Below, one piece after another: positions 23,833 to 33,355 of a stretch of DNA of 33,355 nucleotides (position 1 is its first letter; each line of letters starts with the position of its first letter). The position numbers were made by a program, and so were the translations under genes. Location of the stretch: the NCBI RefSeq assembly GCF_001194135.2, contig NC_068986.1, positions 13,906,682 through 13,940,036 of the forward strand, given 5' to 3'. The notes beneath the pieces are model-generated. The model was not told where the DNA came from and ran no database searches. It saw nothing but the letters and a program-made list of their open reading frames with translations. This stretch comes from Octopus bimaculoides. Lineage: Eukaryota.

Positions 23833-23928
23833 TAACGCTGCAAGCTGGCGGAATCGCTATTCACGCCAGGTAAAATTCTTAGCGGCATTTCGTCCATATT
23901 TACGTTCTGCGTTCAAATTCCTCTGAGT
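23833..23928 (+). mobile_element. SINE family B partial head
   Basis: GCTGGCGGAATCGCTATTCACGCC..CTTAGCGGCATTTCGTCC..ACGTTCTGCGTTCAAATTCC aligns with 23580-23657. Confidence 0.8.
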
Positions 23929-24000
23929 AACTATTTGTACCTGCAGCTGCAATATTAACAGCAGCAGCGGCAGCAGATCCTGAACAATACTAACAATAAT

Positions 24001-24150
24001 TATTCTTTTACACGTTTCAATCATCTGACTGTGGCCATGCTGCGGCACCACCTTTAGCAGAAAAAATCGACCCAATGACTTATTGTTTGTAAGCCTAAGA
24101 CTTATTCTATCAATGTGTATTGTCAAACCGCTAGGTTTCGGGGACATAAA
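24001..24150 (-). mobile_element. SINE family A 3' half
   Basis: GACTGTGGCCATGCTGCGGCACCACCTTTAG..TCGACCC..GTAAGCCTA..CTTATTCTATC is the reverse complement of 5690-5800. Confidence 0.85.
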
Positions 24151-24225
24151 CAAAAAAAAAAAAACACGGCAAAAAAGATAAGCAGCACTACATCGGAGTG
24201 GGAGATCGTCCCACCGAAATAGTAG

Positions 24226-24795
24226 ATGAAAGACTTTGAAGGGAGGACGGTGGTGTTAAGGTCTTACTCAAAGTCGCTCGACACCATCGCCCTCTTTAAA
24301 AAGACTCAAATTGAAAAAGAGTTGGCAGAGTATTTGCCAACTATTATATTTATCTCCAGAGGAATCAAATATGCAACAATGTGGTTGTTATTTGACACCC
24401 CTGAGGAGGCTCGCAAACTTACGAGCCAGCCCTTAGAGGGCAAAAAGATTTTGTTTCTTCCCATGTATGGTGGGAAGAGGTTGACAAGAGCTTGGGTCTG
24501 CGGGTTGCCATCCGGGATTGAACCTGAGTGGCTAGAGGATACTATCCGCCGGGGCTTGGCTGGCAGCGGATCCAAGCTGCTTAATGTTAAAATTTTGCCG
24601 GCAGCTGATTGTGTTGGGTCAAAAGCTGTTTTGACTCTGTGGACCCAATCAGCCAAGAATCTGATTTTTCCAGATTTTTTGCAAATGGCCAATTGCAAGT
24701 ACCCGGTGATACTTGAGGGACGCCCCCCCCCATATGTCACCTGTGTTTGGAACCGGGCCACATTAAAAAGAACTGTATATATACAGTACATAAAA
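24226..24795 (+). pseudogene. LINE ORF1/gag-like protein with C-terminal CCHC zinc knuckle (frameshifted, truncated at a gap)
   Basis: About 170 codons of complex, stop-free sequence ending VILEGRPP. After a C9 run (24723-24731), the -1 frame reads ICHLCLEPGHIKKNC (C-x2-C-x4-H-x4-C, 24735-24776), typical of L1/Tx1-like ORF1. Confidence 0.75.
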
Positions 24796-24908
24796 NNNNN
24801 NNNNNNNNNNNNNNNNNNNNNNNNNNNNNNNNNNNNNNNNNNNNNNNNNNNNNNNNNNNNNNNNNNNNNNNNNNNNNNNNNNNNNNNNNNNNNNNNNNNN
24901 NNNNNNNN

Positions 24909-24946
<38 letters not shown>

Positions 24947-25604
24947 TATGTGGACACAGGACGTCTCGAGACGTGTACAACAAAAAAATACGAAGCACGA
25001 GTACATGGAACATGAACGAATATCGAAAGACACAAATGGAAAACAATGCAAACAACATAAAGAACGACCCTTCACGAGTTGAACCTTCATGAGTTGTTGG
25101 GCGTTTTTTTAGTCTCGCATTTCGAGCATTTAGCAACAATATACGCTTCCGATAAAACAGTTAAATAAAATTTAGGATTTTGCGGAGGGTCAAAATTAGT
25201 AACACAAACAGGACAGTGAAAAGAAACAGGAAGGGCTACTAAGCCTAAACGAGGTTGTGCTGGCGAACGCGTATACCAAGCTTGGAAGACAAACAAGAAC
25301 ACGTCTTCCTTGTTCCAGCTACAACGGAAAGAAAGAAACGGTTGGCTAAAAGTCACCTGACATTGAATCAAAATTCCATAAATACTTAATATTCAATTTT
25401 ATTTATTCATTCCAATTATGAATGTTTAATAATTGAATGTTGCGAGTTAAAATCACCGTTTTCTTTTTTCAACATTTTTCAATTTATTAGCGAAGTCTCA
25501 TATAAAATGATTTTTTTTGTTTTTATCTTGGAATTTAATGGGTTTTGATTTACTGTAAGGTGACGTTTGGCCAACCTGGTATATATATGCACATATCTTG
25601 TGTG

Positions 25605-25830
25605 TTACTGTGTCTGTATTTGTTCCCCACCACTGCTTGACAACCAGTATTTTTGTGTCTATGTCCCTAAAACCTAGCAGTTCGACAAATATTGACCGAT
25701 AGAATAAGAAACAGGCTAAAACGAAAAATAAGTCCTGGCGTTGATGTGTTTGTTCAACTAAAACCCTTCAAGGCAGTGCCCAAGCATGGCCGTAGTCAGA
25801 ATAATGTAACAAGCCGAAGATATGAGAATA
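25605..25830 (+). mobile_element. SINE family A 3' half
   Basis: CCACTGCTTGACAACC..GACCGATAGAATAAG..AATAAGTCCTGG..CAAGCATGGCCGTAGTC aligns with 5630-5800. Confidence 0.8.
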
Positions 25831-25871
25831 AACTTAGAATTGCTGCACCCACTAGAATACATTGTAATAAT

Positions 25872-25986
25872 AATGGTTTCAAATTTTACCACAAAGCTGG
25901 CAATTTCGGAGTTTGCAGTAAGTTGAATACATCAAACACAGTGCTCAACTGGTAATTATTGTATAGACCCCAAAATGATCAAAGGT
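25872..25986 (-). mobile_element. SINE family B 3' fragment
   Basis: TTCAAATTTTACCACAAAGCTGGC..CAGTGCTCAACTGGTAATTATT..GACCCCAAAATGAT matches the reverse family B tail. Confidence 0.65.
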
Positions 25987-26004
25987 ATATATATATATAT
26001 ATAT

Positions 26005-26073
26005 ATAGCAGTCAAAGAACTACTAATTCCAAACTTATTTGTAGTTTGGAATCAGTAGTTCTTTGACTGCTAT
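26005..26073. repeat. 69-nt near-perfect hairpin (31-bp arms, 7-nt loop)
   Basis: ATAGCAGTCAAAGAACTACTAATTCCAAACT-TATTTGT-AGTTTGGAATCAGTAGTTCTTTGACTGCTAT, with a single mismatch A26025/C26053. Confidence 0.95.
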
Positions 26074-26294
26074 TTCTAAATTTTCAGTATGTTGGAGAAG
26101 CAACTCAAGCTAATCCCTGTCTATTTATGATTAAAAATGGTTTTACCGATAAAGGTTTTTTCATACTGAACTACTTGGCAAAATTGTTAATTATTAATTC
26201 TATTACTAATTGACGATTCCCTGCCCTTATTTCAGTATATTTTATATATATATATATATATGCGATTTGTGATTTAAGCAGTTGCCAATAGAAG

Positions 26295-26621
26295 GGTTAA
26301 TCGATACCACCGACCGCACTACTCGACAGCGACTTTAATTTATCGAACCACGCAAGCTCGAAAGTTGAAGTGGATTTCAACGGGATTTGAAACCAGAATG
26401 TATTCGTTTCTACTCTAGACACAAGGCCCGAATTTTTTTTGTGGGGAAGGGGATAGTCGATTAGATCGACCTCAGAACGCAACTGGTACTTAATTTATTG
26501 ACCCCGAGAGGATGAAAAGCATAGTCGACCTTGGCGGAATTTGAACTCAGAACGTAAAGACAGACGAAATACCGCTAAGCATTTCGCCCGGCGTGCTAAC
26601 ACTTCTGCCAGCTCTCCACCT
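26295..26621 (-). mobile_element. SINE family B copy (26405-26621) plus an adjacent older partial copy (26295-26400)
   Basis: Reverse complement of 23570-23760. Confidence 0.85.
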
Positions 26622-27065
26622 TCTAACCAGAACGTATTGAACGGGTAAAATTGGTCGGCTAGAATTTCTTCCCACATTCTACCAATTCGAGAAATCGAAC
26701 CTCATAGCCCTAAAATTAGTAGTAGCAGCAGCAGAAAGTAGTAGTAGTAGCAGCAGCAGCAGCAGCAGCAGTAGTAATAAAGCTATGCATGTATGTATAT
26801 AGCTACATCTTTGTATGAGTCTAGGAAACATACATAAGCCAAGAAAAACGCACTCACTCACACACACACAGACACACACACATACACACACACGCATACA
26901 TCTGCACATATGTGCACACACATGTTACTATGCAGCAGTATAAACATTAAAAATGCAGATGAGGGCCTGATTATGTGTGCTTTTGTGAGTCCATGAGTCC
27001 GTGAGCAACCGTGCGCACGTATGTGTGTGACTGCGCGTGTGCATATGCATATGTAGGAATACATA

Positions 27066-27105
<40 letters not shown>

Positions 27106-27886
27106 CATGTATATATGATATATATACATATATATATATATANNNNNNNNNNNNNNNNNNNNNNNNNNNNNNNNNNNNNNNNNNNNNNNNNNNNNNNNNN
27201 NNNNNNNNNNNNNNNNNNNNNNNNNNNNNNNNNNNNNNNNNNNNNNNNNNNNNNNNNNNNNNNNNNNNNNNNNNNNNNNNNNNNNNNNNNNNNNNNNNNN
27301 NNNNNNNNNNNNNNNNNNNNNNNNNNNNNNNNNNNNNNNNNNNNNNNNNNNNNNNNNNNNNNNNNNNNNNNNNNNNNNNNNNNNNNNNNNNNNNNNNNNN
27401 NNNNNNNATATATATATATATATCTCCATACATACATATGTAGCGTATGAAACGTTGCGTAAGGACAAAGATAAATTAATATTCTATAGGATTAGATGAA
27501 CAAATGCAAATATATCCTCAAGTTAATCCTCATCTAATGTTAATCTCAATGCATGTTGCAGAATATCAGTTTGAACTGTATTAATGTTAAGGTTTAAGAT
27601 GATTCATTCCGCCATGTTATATTGTACCATGTGACTAAATTTCTGTAAGTTTTCATAGATGGCTTCATTTATCAATTCTAATGAGTCTCCACGTTCTACA
27701 TAACCATAATCTGTCATTCACTCAGCGTATGTATGTATGTATGTATGTATGTATGTATGTATGTATGTATGTATGTGTGTGTGTGTATGTATGCATGTAT
27801 ATATGTATGTTTTTGGGTTTTTATCTAATCCCCGATACGCATATTAGTTCCTTACAGAAATACACTCTTATATACAAACTCACATT

Positions 27887-27930
<44 letters not shown>

Positions 27931-27958
27931 TGTGTGTGTATATGTATGTTTGTATTTG

Positions 27959-28075
27959 AAGGCGCGTGGCCTCGCGGTTAGAGCCTTGCACTCAGAATCG
28001 CAAGATCGCGGTTTCGGTTCCCGTATCGAGCAGTGCATTGTATTCTTTTACAAAGCACATCATTTCACGGTGCCT
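27959..28075 (+). mobile_element. tRNA-derived SINE head
   Basis: GGCGCGTGGCCTCGCGGTTAG (A-box-like) ..AAGATCGCGGTTTCGGTTCC (B-box-like). No intact cloverleaf. Confidence 0.65.
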
Positions 28076-28229
28076 TACGGTCATTTTGACATCTGTCGAT
28101 TTCAAGAACAGAGGGAGCTAGAAATTGCAGAACTAATTTTCCTGGACACGAGTGACAGCCATTTAATTAAATAATCAATTCTATATGGCACAGATACAAT
28201 TCATCCATAGCCATTCACTTACAAATAGG

Positions 28230-28297
28230 CAGTCGGAACGAACTCGGGATCTTATGATTTGCGAAGCGAATGTCTTGACCCTTTATCCGTGCTGCGA
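28230..28297 (-). mobile_element. Degenerate tRNA-like SINE head
   Basis: Reverse strand ..AAGATCCCGAGTTCGTTCC, B-box-like. Confidence 0.4.
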
Positions 28298-28452
28298 TCA
28301 GAGAAATAAAGAGGGCTTATAGTTGTTCTAATCTATCGAAGTACATCGTTGCTATCTATTTCGTTGTTGTCAGAGGGATAAAATGAGATTAGCATGACGA
28401 ATGATTGGAATAATCGATCCATCAAATTGTTCCTCTGTAAGATAATTACAGA

Positions 28453-28920
28453 AGGATGCAGGAATGGCTGTGTGGTCAAGACGTTTGCTTTGCTATCACG
28501 TAGTTTCAGGTTCAGTCTCACCGCATGGATCCATAGGCAAATATCTTCTACTATAACCCAGGGACGAAAGATGCTTTGTGAGTTAACTTAGTTGGCGGTA
28601 ACAGTGTGGAAAACCTGAAGATCGTAGGCTCGAAACGTAAAAGACTTTTGCATTTTTCCCGAGCGTTAAACTAATACACTTGCTTGTTGTTCATACACCT
28701 GTCTTCATCTTTTGATTTTCTATAAATTTCAACTATATATATGTGTGTGTATTTGTCTCCTATCACTGCTTGACAACCTGGGTTGGTTTGTTTTCATACC
28801 CATAACGTAGAGGTTCAGCAAACCGAAGCGATATATTACTGGGCTCACTTTCTTCCACTAAACCTTTCAAGGCGATACCCCAGCATAACAGCAGTGCAAA
28901 GAATGAAACAAAAAATGAAT
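28453..28920 (+). mobile_element. Old SINE family A copy interrupted by a Penelope-like fragment
   Basis: Head GGAATGGCTGTGTGGTCAAG..CTTCTACTATAACC (28453-28610); tail CACTGCTTGACAACC..CCCCAGCAT (28740-28920). Confidence 0.75.
28615..28735 (+). mobile_element. Penelope-like terminal fragment with a truncated hammerhead-like motif
   Basis: GAAGATCGTAGGCTCGAAACGTAAAAG..GAGCGTTAAACTAATACAC. Shares the GAAACGTAAAA..GAGCGT..TAATACAC layout with the minus strand of 30690-30794. Confidence 0.5.
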
Positions 28921-29554
28921 GAACCGATTTCGTCAGCCAATTATTTATCCGGAATCATTACGATTTCGGGACTCTTTAGTATTGGTATCGCTGAAATGGA
29001 AAGCACCGTGGTTAAAATTATATAAAAGATGAACAAAAAAAAAAGAAGAAAAAAAAAGAAGAAAAAAAAAAACATAATTATAAGACTCGAATCGTAAAGA
29101 CGAAAGAACAGACGCAAACTATTAACAAAGAACATGCCTTTAGAGTTGAAGAAGAAATAAAGAAGATGCTAGCATAGGGGTGGGGATGAGGGAAAATTAG
29201 AAGAAATACTTCCGTTGATATATGGTATGAAACAGAGAGAAATATTGAACTCGTGTGACAAAACTCATGCGACAAAGCTACGATAGAAAGGCACAGTGGA
29301 AGTCACCAGAAATAAGTGAGATAAAAGGGAGACAACAATGCGAAAGAGGAAGGGAGAGAAAAAGAATAGAAAGTGTGAATCACAATGACAGGAATATATC
29401 CATTGCAATGAAAGAAATGCGTAGAATTGTTATAAATGAATACCAAAATAATATTGAAAGACTGATACGAAATTACGGGAAGGAATAAACTCATTTCATC
29501 AGCCAAAATTTTACCCAAGACCATTAAGATTTCAGTGCCACAAATACCCCGACA

Positions 29555-29628
<74 letters not shown>

Positions 29629-30002
29629 CTTACCTACCTACTTACGTACCTACCTACCTACCTACCAATCTAACTGTCTGTTTGTCTGTCTGTCTATCTG
29701 TCTGTCTGTCTCTCTCTCTATCTATCTATCTATCTATCTATCGATCAGCCTACCCACCTACCTATATTTTTATCTATACATCTCCATGGAACCTCACCCA
29801 AAAGAACAATGTTCTCTTCTAAACAAAACTGCACCAAATACATGTTTTATATAAAGGTACAAGCTGTTTGTACATTCACACAATTTTATTTGACAAGTTC
29901 GAGAAAGGAACGAAAGCGCTAATAATAATTAAGAAATAAAAAGATGTTTTTCCCAAAATTCTGCCCTATTTTCTCAGTATTTAATTTTCGTACATCACAC
30001 CG

Positions 30003-30074
<72 letters not shown>

Positions 30075-30603
30075 NNNNNNNNNNNNNNNNNNNNNNNNNN
30101 NNNNNNNNNNNNNNNNNNNNNNNNNNNNNNNNNNNNNNNNNNNNNNNNNNNNNNNNNNNNNNNNNNNNNNNNNNNNNNNNNNNNNNNNNNNNNNNNNNNN
30201 NNNNNNNNNNNNNNNNNNNNNNNNNNNNNNNNNNNNNNNNNNNNNNNNNNNNNNNNNNNNNNNNNNNNNNNNNNNNNNNNNNNNNNNNNNNNNNNNNNNN
30301 NNNNNNNNNNNNNNNNNNNNNNNNNNNNNNNNNNNNNNNNNNNNNNNNNNNNNNNNNNNNNNNNNNNNNNNNNNNNNNNNNNNNNNNNNNNNNNNNNNNN
30401 NNNNNNNNNNNNNNNNNNNNNNNNNNNNNNNNNNNNNNNNNNNNNNNNNNNNNNNNNNNNNNNNNNNNNNNNNNNNNNNNNNNNNNNNNNNNNNNNNNNN
30501 NNNNNNNNNNNNNNNNNNNNNNNNNNNNNNNNNNNNNNNNNNNNNNNNNNNNNNNNNNNNNNNNNNNNNNTATACATATATACGTACATACATACACACG
30601 CAT

Positions 30604-30644
<41 letters not shown>

Positions 30645-30689
30645 GTTAATTGAAAAGAAAACGTGGAAAAAGGCATCAAGAAATATAAA

Positions 30690-30860
30690 AAAGAACAACG
30701 CGAGGACGTGGTATATGCAGTGTATTAATTAAGACGCTCAGCGAAGGAAAAGAGTGGTTGTTTTACGTTTCAAGCAAAGCTCTTTTTCGGAAACCGCAAA
30801 CATAGGATAAAAACAAAGGAAAAGGGAGAAGGAGGAAAAAACCGCCAACAGTCCACGTGT
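30690..30860 (-). mobile_element. Penelope-like terminal fragment with a degenerate minimal hammerhead (30760-30794)
   Basis: Minus strand GTTT-CCGAAAA-A-GAGC-TTT-GCTT-GAAAC-GT-A-AAAC. Stems I and II pair, but the core deviates (CCGAAAA vs CUGANGA). Confidence 0.55.
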
Positions 30861-30877
30861 AGTTAGATTTATATTCT

Positions 30878-31541
30878 AGGTACAGGTGTGGCCGTGTGGT
30901 AAGAAGATTCATCGGTTGAGTCCCACTGCGTGATACTTTGGGAAAGCGCCTTGTACTATAGTTTGGGGCTAAGATTTCTAAGTGGATTTGGTAAACGGAA
31001 AATGAAAGGAGCTCGTCATATATATATANNNNNNNNNNNNNNNNNNNNNNNNNNNNNNNNNNNNNNNNNNNNNNNNNNNNNNNNNNNNNNNNNNNNNNNN
31101 NNNNNNNNNNNNNNNNNNNNNNNNNNNNNNNNNNNNNNNNNNNNNNNNNNNNNNNNNNNNNNNNNNNNNNNNNNNNNNNNNNNNNNNNNNNNNNNNNNNN
31201 NNNNNNNNNNNNNNNNNNNNNNNNNNNNNNNNNNNNNNNNNNNNNNNNNNNNNNNNNNNNNNNNNNNNNNNNNNNNNNTGTGTGTGTGTGTATGTGTGTG
31301 TGTGTGTGTGTGTGTGTTTCTGTCTGTTTGTCTGAACCACCGCTTGACAACACGTGTTGGTGTGTTTACGTCCTTGTAATTCAGTGGTTCGGCAAAGCAG
31401 ACCGATAAAATAAGTACAAGGCTTCAGAAAAAAAAAAAAAGAAACAATTACTGGGGGCGATTCATTCGACTAAAAATTCGTGAAGATGGTGCTGTAACAT
31501 GGCCGCAGCCTAATGCCTGAAGCAAGTAAAAAGATAAAAGC
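30878..31541 (+). mobile_element. SINE family A, complete
   Basis: Head AGGTACAGGTGTGGCCGTGTGGTAAG..AGTGGATTTGGTAAACGGAAA, then (TA)n/gap/(TG)n, then tail CCGCTTGACAAC..GGGGGCGATTCATTCGAC..CATGGCCGCAG. Confidence 0.9.
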
Positions 31542-32070
31542 GAAAATACAATCTATCAAACTGATGCAATCGTGAAAGGAACCGCTCACAAGTAAATCAT
31601 GAGGTAGGACCAGGCAGGCCTGTCTCGGTATTAAAATACGACAATTTACGAAAGAGCCAATAGGAAATATAAAACTGACTTTTAAAGGCGAACATTGATG
31701 CCTGTTCAGACTATTCAATATTTAAATCCAATCACTTTGACATCTTCACCTTATTCTAAACGAGATCAACCTCTTCACAATTCAAATGTCGTAAAGTTAA
31801 GATTAAATTTAGTTAATTTCAAATAATCTCTCTACTCAGCATCACCTCTTAACCCCATTTAAAATACTCTTAATACGTCACTTATCCTCTGAATCGCTAA
31901 ACCTTCAGATTATTAAGCTCAATAATTTTCGAGTTAGTCATAAATGGCTTAAACTTTAAATTTCTTGCAATTTACGCCGTCACGAGGAGACAAGCGATGA
32001 AGAATAGCTGAAACTTTAGGTACAATAATTTTCATTCAGGCACAGTTCTTAACTTTATATTCGGTTTTAT

Positions 32071-32180
32071 TCAAACCATCGTTTCTTGTTCTATCGAATC
32101 ATTCCGAAATTTTCTGTATGACGTTGACACTTTCCAAGCTCCTAGCACTGCTATACTTATTAACGAAAACATTGCAAAAC
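32071..32180 (-). CDS. Candidate terminal coding exon of a membrane protein
   Basis: Acceptor tattttattgtatAG (32182-32181), phase 1. Reads (G)FAMFSLISIAVLGAWKVSTSYRKFRNDSIEQETMV*, with AATAAA overlapping the stop (32066-32071). No family recognised. Confidence 0.4.
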
Positions 32181-32400
32181 CTATACAATAAAATACGTAT
32201 TTAGATGTTCTATAGCAAATAATCCCTCGAACTGAAATACCCACACCTAGCGAAGCTTGGCAATAACTCTGAAGCATTTTCTAATAACTGAACTCATGTA
32301 CACTCGCATGCGTCTGGTTCGGGGTATAAGAAAGTCTCTACTTATGTGAATATAAACAACTGTAATGTATCAGGCAGATTTGAATAAGTAATTGAATCAA

Positions 32401-32443
<43 letters not shown>

Positions 32444-33134
32444 NNNNNNNNNNNNNNNNNNNNNNNNNNNNNNNNNNNNNNNNNNNNNNNNNNNNNNNNN
32501 NNNNNNNNNNNNNNNNNNNNNNNNNNNNNNNNNNNNNNNNNNNTGTAGCCTGTCTTTTTTTGTTGTTGTTAAGTAGTAAATATATGTTATCAGACTGCTT
32601 CAGTTATAAACTTGTAAGAAGATAATTTTCTCACTCTATGTAGCATATTTGGACTTACGTCTTACAATCCTTAATCTACTATATATCAGTATAAACACAC
32701 ATACTACACATACACACACACGCACACGCTTGAACGTATATGACCAAACATTTACGTATATATTTTTACACATTCACACATACGCACACACTTATAGATA
32801 ATTGCGTGTTTGTAAATGTATACCCGTATAGAAATCTATATATAGATATAATATATGACTGTTTACAGTGCTCATGACACGTCTGAACATATATGAGCCC
32901 TACACATAATGGCTTACATTAATACTTATCCAAATATAATACACGTCACGTATACAGACACTTGATTACATAGAACGAATGAAATCATATGCACGCAATC
33001 CACATTCAAGTTTAAAAGGTTCATACGATATACAAGCAAAATGTATATCTTTCTTTTTCTTCTCAATCGACATGTTTGCAATTACGCTTGTGTACATAAA
33101 TAAAAATGCACATACATACACTCACAAACACAAA

Positions 33135-33188
<54 letters not shown>

Positions 33189-33355
33189 TTTATATATATA
33201 TATTTATATTACACGTTGATAATTATATATATGATTTGATAGAAAAATAATGATAATAACAATAATAATAATGATAAAAATAATAATATGAAAAAATAAT
33301 ATTAATAATAATAATAATGTATATATAAATATATACATTATACATTTAATAATTA

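Larger units (their letters stand above)
1000..32543. other. Assembly gaps (N runs)
   Basis: 1000-1251, 2547-2556, 5359-5534, 8556-8888, 9313-9919, 13372-14000, 19168-19780, 22604-22934, 24796-24908, 27143-27407, 30075-30570, 31029-31278, 32444-32543. Most are bordered by simple repeats. Confidence 1.

Noticed and set aside
5600-31541. Recurring GGGGTCGA motifs as a CRISPR-like array
   Set aside because: The motifs are dispersed in both orientations within SINE copies, with no regular repeat-spacer array, in a eukaryotic context.

Overview
AT-rich, repeat-saturated animal DNA with 13 N-gaps, most of them bordered by (TA)n/(CA)n microsatellites. The SINE families and microsatellite load look like an octopus (cephalopod) genome; that is inference from recalled family sequences, not a database hit. 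No complete host gene is visible, and nearly all long ORFs in the track are microsatellite or N-run artefacts. Supported content: a full-length dead Hsmar1-like mariner (25-bp TIRs, TA TSD) sitting inside a decayed RLE-type (R4/Dong-like) LINE; further RLE fragments; a hAT/Buster-derived element with an internal (TTAGGG)5; a Helentron-type (HINE/DINE-1-like) element; a LINE ORF1-like frame with a CCHC knuckle one frameshift away; many copies of at least three tRNA-headed SINE families; and two near-perfect hairpins. The most interesting signal is a 314-bp TSD-flanked unit (17582-17895) combining a tRNA-derived Pol III head with a minimal type I hammerhead ribozyme fold. Two more degenerate hammerhead-bearing Penelope-like fragments lie at ~28.6 kb and ~30.8 kb. 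A candidate terminal exon (hydrophobic helix, YRKF, ETMV-stop, AATAAA) lies at 32071-32180 on the minus strand, and a CTCF-motif island lies at 424-640.
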